Assembly (NCBI RefSeq): GCF_011386835.1
Contig: NC_088799.1
Coordinates: 99,076,001-99,140,000 of the forward strand
DNA from: Chrysemys picta bellii
Taxonomy: Eukaryota
Direction of reading: 5' to 3'
Length of the DNA: 64,000 nucleotides
In this document: positions 61,065 through 64,000 of the stretch, piece after piece
Numbering within the stretch: the stretch's first letter is position 1
How the letters are laid out: every line of letters begins with the position of its first letter
The notes under the pieces: generated by a model
Database searches by the model: none
The model's input: only the letters and a program-made list of their open reading frames with translations
Told to the model about the DNA's origin: nothing
Position numbers and translations under genes: made by a program

Positions 61065-62022
61065 AGCGTTGTTCTAAGTCAGTCATAAAAATGTTGGCAT
61101 ACTGTGGGGCCATGCGGGTACCCATAGCAGTGCCACTGACTTGAAGGTATAAGTTGTCCCCAAATCTGAAATGGTTGTGGGTGAGGACAAAGTCACAAAG
61201 CTCAGCCACCAGGCTTGCTGTGGCCTCATCAGGGATACTGTTCTTGACAGCTTGTAGTCCATCCTCATGTGGAGTATTGGTGTAAAGAGCTTCTACATCC
61301 ATGGTGGCCAGGATGGTGTTTTCAGGAAGAACACCAATGCATTGTAGTTTCCTCAGGAAGTTGGTGGTGTCTCGAAGATAGCTGGGAGTGCTGGTAGCGT
61401 AGGGTCTGAGGAGAGAGTCCAAATAGCCAGATAATCCTGCTGTAAGAGTGCCAATGCCTGAGATGATGGGGCGTCCAGGGTTTCCAGGTTTATGTATCTT
61501 GGGTAGCAGATAGAATACCCCTGGTTGGGGCTCGGGGGATGTGTCCATGTAGATTTGTTCCCATGCTGTAGCAGGGAGTTTCTTGAGCAGATGGTATAGT
61601 TTCTTTTGGTATTCCTCAGTGGGATCAGAGGATAGTGGCCTGTAGACTGTGGTGTTGGAGAGTTGCCTGGCAGCCTCCTGTTCATAATCCGACCTATTCA
61701 TTATGACTACAGCATCTCTTTTGTCAGCCCCTTTGATTATAATGTCAGAGTTGTTTCTGAGGCTGTGGATGGCATTGCGTTCCGTACGGCTGAGGTTATG
61801 GGGCAAGTGATGCTGTTTGTTCACAATTTCAGCCTGTGCACATCTACGGAAGCACTCTATGTAGACATCCAGTCTGTCATTTCGACCGTTAGGAGGAGTC
61901 CACGCAGAATTCTTCTTCTTGTAGTGTTGGTAAGGAGGGTTCCTGTGGGTCAGTGCACTGTTCAGTGGTGTGTTGAAAATATTCCTTGAGTCAGAGACAG
62001 AGAAAGTAGGCTTCCAGATCAC
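61065..62022 (-). pseudogene. PLE reverse transcriptase, truncated before the YxDD motif
   Basis: ORF 60934..62022; homology stops at FMTDLEQR (61065) and the rest is read-through into flank; upstream pieces 61991..62251 and 62267..62479 are frameshifted. Confidence 0.9.
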
Positions 62023-62677
62023 TGCAGAACTGTATCATGTTCGTGGGGATGGTGGGGCAGAAAGACAGTCCCCGAGATAGCCTGATGGAAGAGTCTGTCC
62101 TAAGTGTGTGGTTGGATAGATTAACAATATTGTTAGGTGACTTGAGGACACCACTGTTGTAGCCCCCTGTGGCATGTAGGAGTTTAGATAGTTTACTGTC
62201 CTTTTTCCTCTGTAGAGAAGTGAAGTGTGTGTTGTAAATGGCTTGTCTCATTTTTGTAAAGTCCAGCTACGTGGGAGTTTGTGTGGAAGGTTGGTATTGT
62301 ATGAGAGTCTCCAGTTTTGAGAGCTCATTTTTAATCTTCTCCTGTCTCCTGTACAGGATGCTGATCAGGTGGTTCCTCAGTTTCTTTGAGAGTGTGTGGC
62401 ACAGTCTCTCACCATAGTCAGTGTAGTATGTCGATTGCAATGGATTTTTTACCTTCAGTCCATTTGGTATGCTGTCCATCTGTTTGCACTTGGAGAGGAA
62501 GCTGATGTCTGTATCTTTGCCTCTCCTGGAACTGACACTTCCTCATTTATTACTGGGAGTGGACTACATCCACCCTGATCGAATTGGCCCTGTCAACATT
62601 GGTTCTCCACTTGTGAGGTAACTCCCTTCTCTTCATGTGTCATTATATAACGCCTGCATCTGTAATTTTCACTCCAT

Positions 62678-62719
62678 GCATCTGAAGAAGTGAGGTTTTT
62701 TACCCATGAAAGCTTGTGC
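62678..62719 (+). ncRNA. Degenerate minimal hammerhead motif in PLE pLTR
   Basis: gcat-CTGAAGA-a-gtgagg...cccat-GAA-AGCT-T-gtgc: canonical core, but stem II has mismatches. Confidence 0.55.
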
Positions 62720-62770
62720 CCAAATAAATCTGTTAGTCTTTAAGGTGCCACCGGACTCCTTGTTGTTTTT

Positions 62771-62970
62771 AAAGTAAATGGGGTTGGACTTGGATGGGAG
62801 ACCACAAAGGAAAACACACATGCTATAGGAGGAGTCAGTGGCAGTAAACTACAGTAGGTGCCTTATCCTACTGAGTCAGCACTGACCCAGTCCCCGTGCC
62901 TGGTGCTAGTGGACACTGGGTTGCATCCAGGTTGAAACAGCCAGCTTGCTTTGCAAAGAGTAGGGATTCT
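62771..62970 (+). mobile_element. AmnSINE1-like fragment (5S rRNA-derived head)
   Basis: acttggatgggagacc (62788-62803) is the 5S C-box sequence; the following aaggaaaac...cagtaggtg...ctgagtcagcactga...aagagtaggg matches AmnSINE1 as I recall it. Confidence 0.65.
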
Positions 62971-63425
62971 TCAGAAACAATGCAAAATGACAGCTCTCTA
63001 TGGTGCTGATGCCCAGATGCATGGAATCTACTCACATTAGCGATTAACTGAACATTCACAGCCTGATCTTGTTCCCTTTGAAGACAGTGGGGATTTTGCC
63101 ATTGACTTCAATGGCACCCAATGCTGGCCATTATGGGGACCTAGAAAAGAGCCTTGAGTTACTCCTACCAATCTATCTTCAACTGCAGATTGTTTCCTCA
63201 AATTTAACCCCAAAGAAAAGTCATTTGAATTGGAAAAAAGTCAGGTTTTGAAATTTCTCTACAAAGCAAGAAAAAAAAGCGGGTGGAGGGGACTGACATT
63301 TTTTGCAAAATAAATCCATGAAAAATGTGTCCCTTTGTTGACCAGATCTAATTATGAGAACTAACTGAGCATGGGACCACAGAAACTATGTTTGAAGGAG
63401 AACCAATTATTTCCCAGAGAAAAGA

Positions 63426-63640
63426 AGGATGTTTCTGTAGTTATTGCACAGGAGACTAATGATCTAATCTAATCCCTGCTCTCTCATAGGCTTCCTGTGT
63501 AACCTTGGGCAAATCACTCAGCCTCTCCATGCCTCAGTTTCCCCATCTGTACAATGGGGATAATAATACCACCTTCCCCCTAAAGGTGTTGTGAAGATAA
63601 AGTCATTAATATTTGCAAAGATTTTTGAGATGGAAGTAGC
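63426..63640 (+). mobile_element. MIR/CORE-SINE-like element
   Basis: tgtaaccttgggcaaatcactcagcctctccatgcctcagtttccccatctgtacaatggggataata. Confidence 0.7.
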
Positions 63641-63764
63641 CGGAATAGATTTCCTGAATGGAAAGGCAAAGTAATACTGTTTTTGCAGGTTCTCTCACCA
63701 ACATTTCTCAACGTTAAAAATTCAAATTCTGATTTTAAAAAATCAGATTTAGGGTAAAATTTTC

Positions 63765-63985
63765 AAAAGCATCTAAGTGAGTTAGGAGCTTAAGTGTCAT
63801 TTTCAGGAGAGACTTAGGCACACAGGTGCAGATCCTCAAGAAATATTTTGGCACCAAAGGGAGTTAGGTGCCTAAATACCTTTGAGGAACTGAGCTTTAG
63901 GAACTAAAGTCTCATTGAAAGGCAATGTGACTTAGGCTACTGTATGAAAAAGGAATGAAGGCACTTTTGAAAATTTTACCCTTAA
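63765..63985. mobile_element. Palindromic MITE (ttttcaaaag ... cttttgaaaa family), with nested member
   Basis: gggtaaaattttcaaaagca / gcacttttgaaaattttaccc inverted ends; ttaggcac/gtgcctaa motifs; relatives at ~7920-8090 and 27240-27330. Confidence 0.6.
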
Positions 63986-64000
63986 CGTCTAAATCTATGT

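Larger units (their letters stand above)
61065..62770 (-). mobile_element. Penelope-like element: antisense N-terminal/RT segment (61065-62520) joined to a sense pLTR (62520-62770)
   Basis: Minus-strand ORF pieces with NLSNH..LSRGLSFCP, IIIKGADK, LLPKIHKPGNPGRPIIS, MDVEALYTN, GTAMGTRMAPQYANIFM; plus-strand pLTR ending gtgccaccggactccttgttgttttt. Confidence 0.95.

Noticed and set aside
62788-62803. 5S rRNA-like 16-mer
   Set aside because: Only the C-box region matches and it continues into SINE body, so it is not a 5S gene.
1-64000. CRISPR-like or regularly spaced repeat arrays, prokaryotic or viral genes
   Set aside because: No regularly interspaced direct repeats and no non-retroelement viral or bacterial ORFs were seen; the recurrent 124-bp and ~90-bp repeats are dispersed transposon copies.

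Overview
Repeat-dense, AT-rich vertebrate genomic DNA, very likely from a cryptodiran turtle: a tRNA-derived tortoise Pol III/SINE sharing its 3' tail with CR1, plus turtle-type CR1 and Penelope copies. I recognise no host protein-coding gene, rRNA, tRNA or CRISPR array, so the window looks intergenic or deep-intronic. The only convincing protein-coding remnants belong to mobile elements: CR1 ORF2 fragments, Penelope-like (PLE) RT and GIY-YIG fragments, and a decayed 5.3-kb Ty3/Gypsy LTR retrotransposon with nested insertions. There are also many hAT, PIF/Harbinger and Tc1/mariner MITEs with visible TSDs, solo LTRs, MIR/L2 remnants and probable LF-SINE and AmnSINE1 relics. The most interesting signals are: (1) minimal type I hammerhead-ribozyme motifs in two PLE families whose stems differ but still pair; (2) tiny TSD-flanked PLE inserts made of an inverted tail plus a sense pLTR, one a fold-back sitting on the catalytic Asp of the Gypsy integrase; (3) an unexplained near-perfect 115-nt hairpin; (4) a frame-preserving micro-inversion inside a PLE ORF; (5) two recursive-splice-site-like motifs and several weak exon candidates on the minus strand. 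PLE hammerheads are an already described class; nothing here is proven novel. Family names come from my memory of consensus sequences, not a database search. Boundaries of degraded repeats are approximate.
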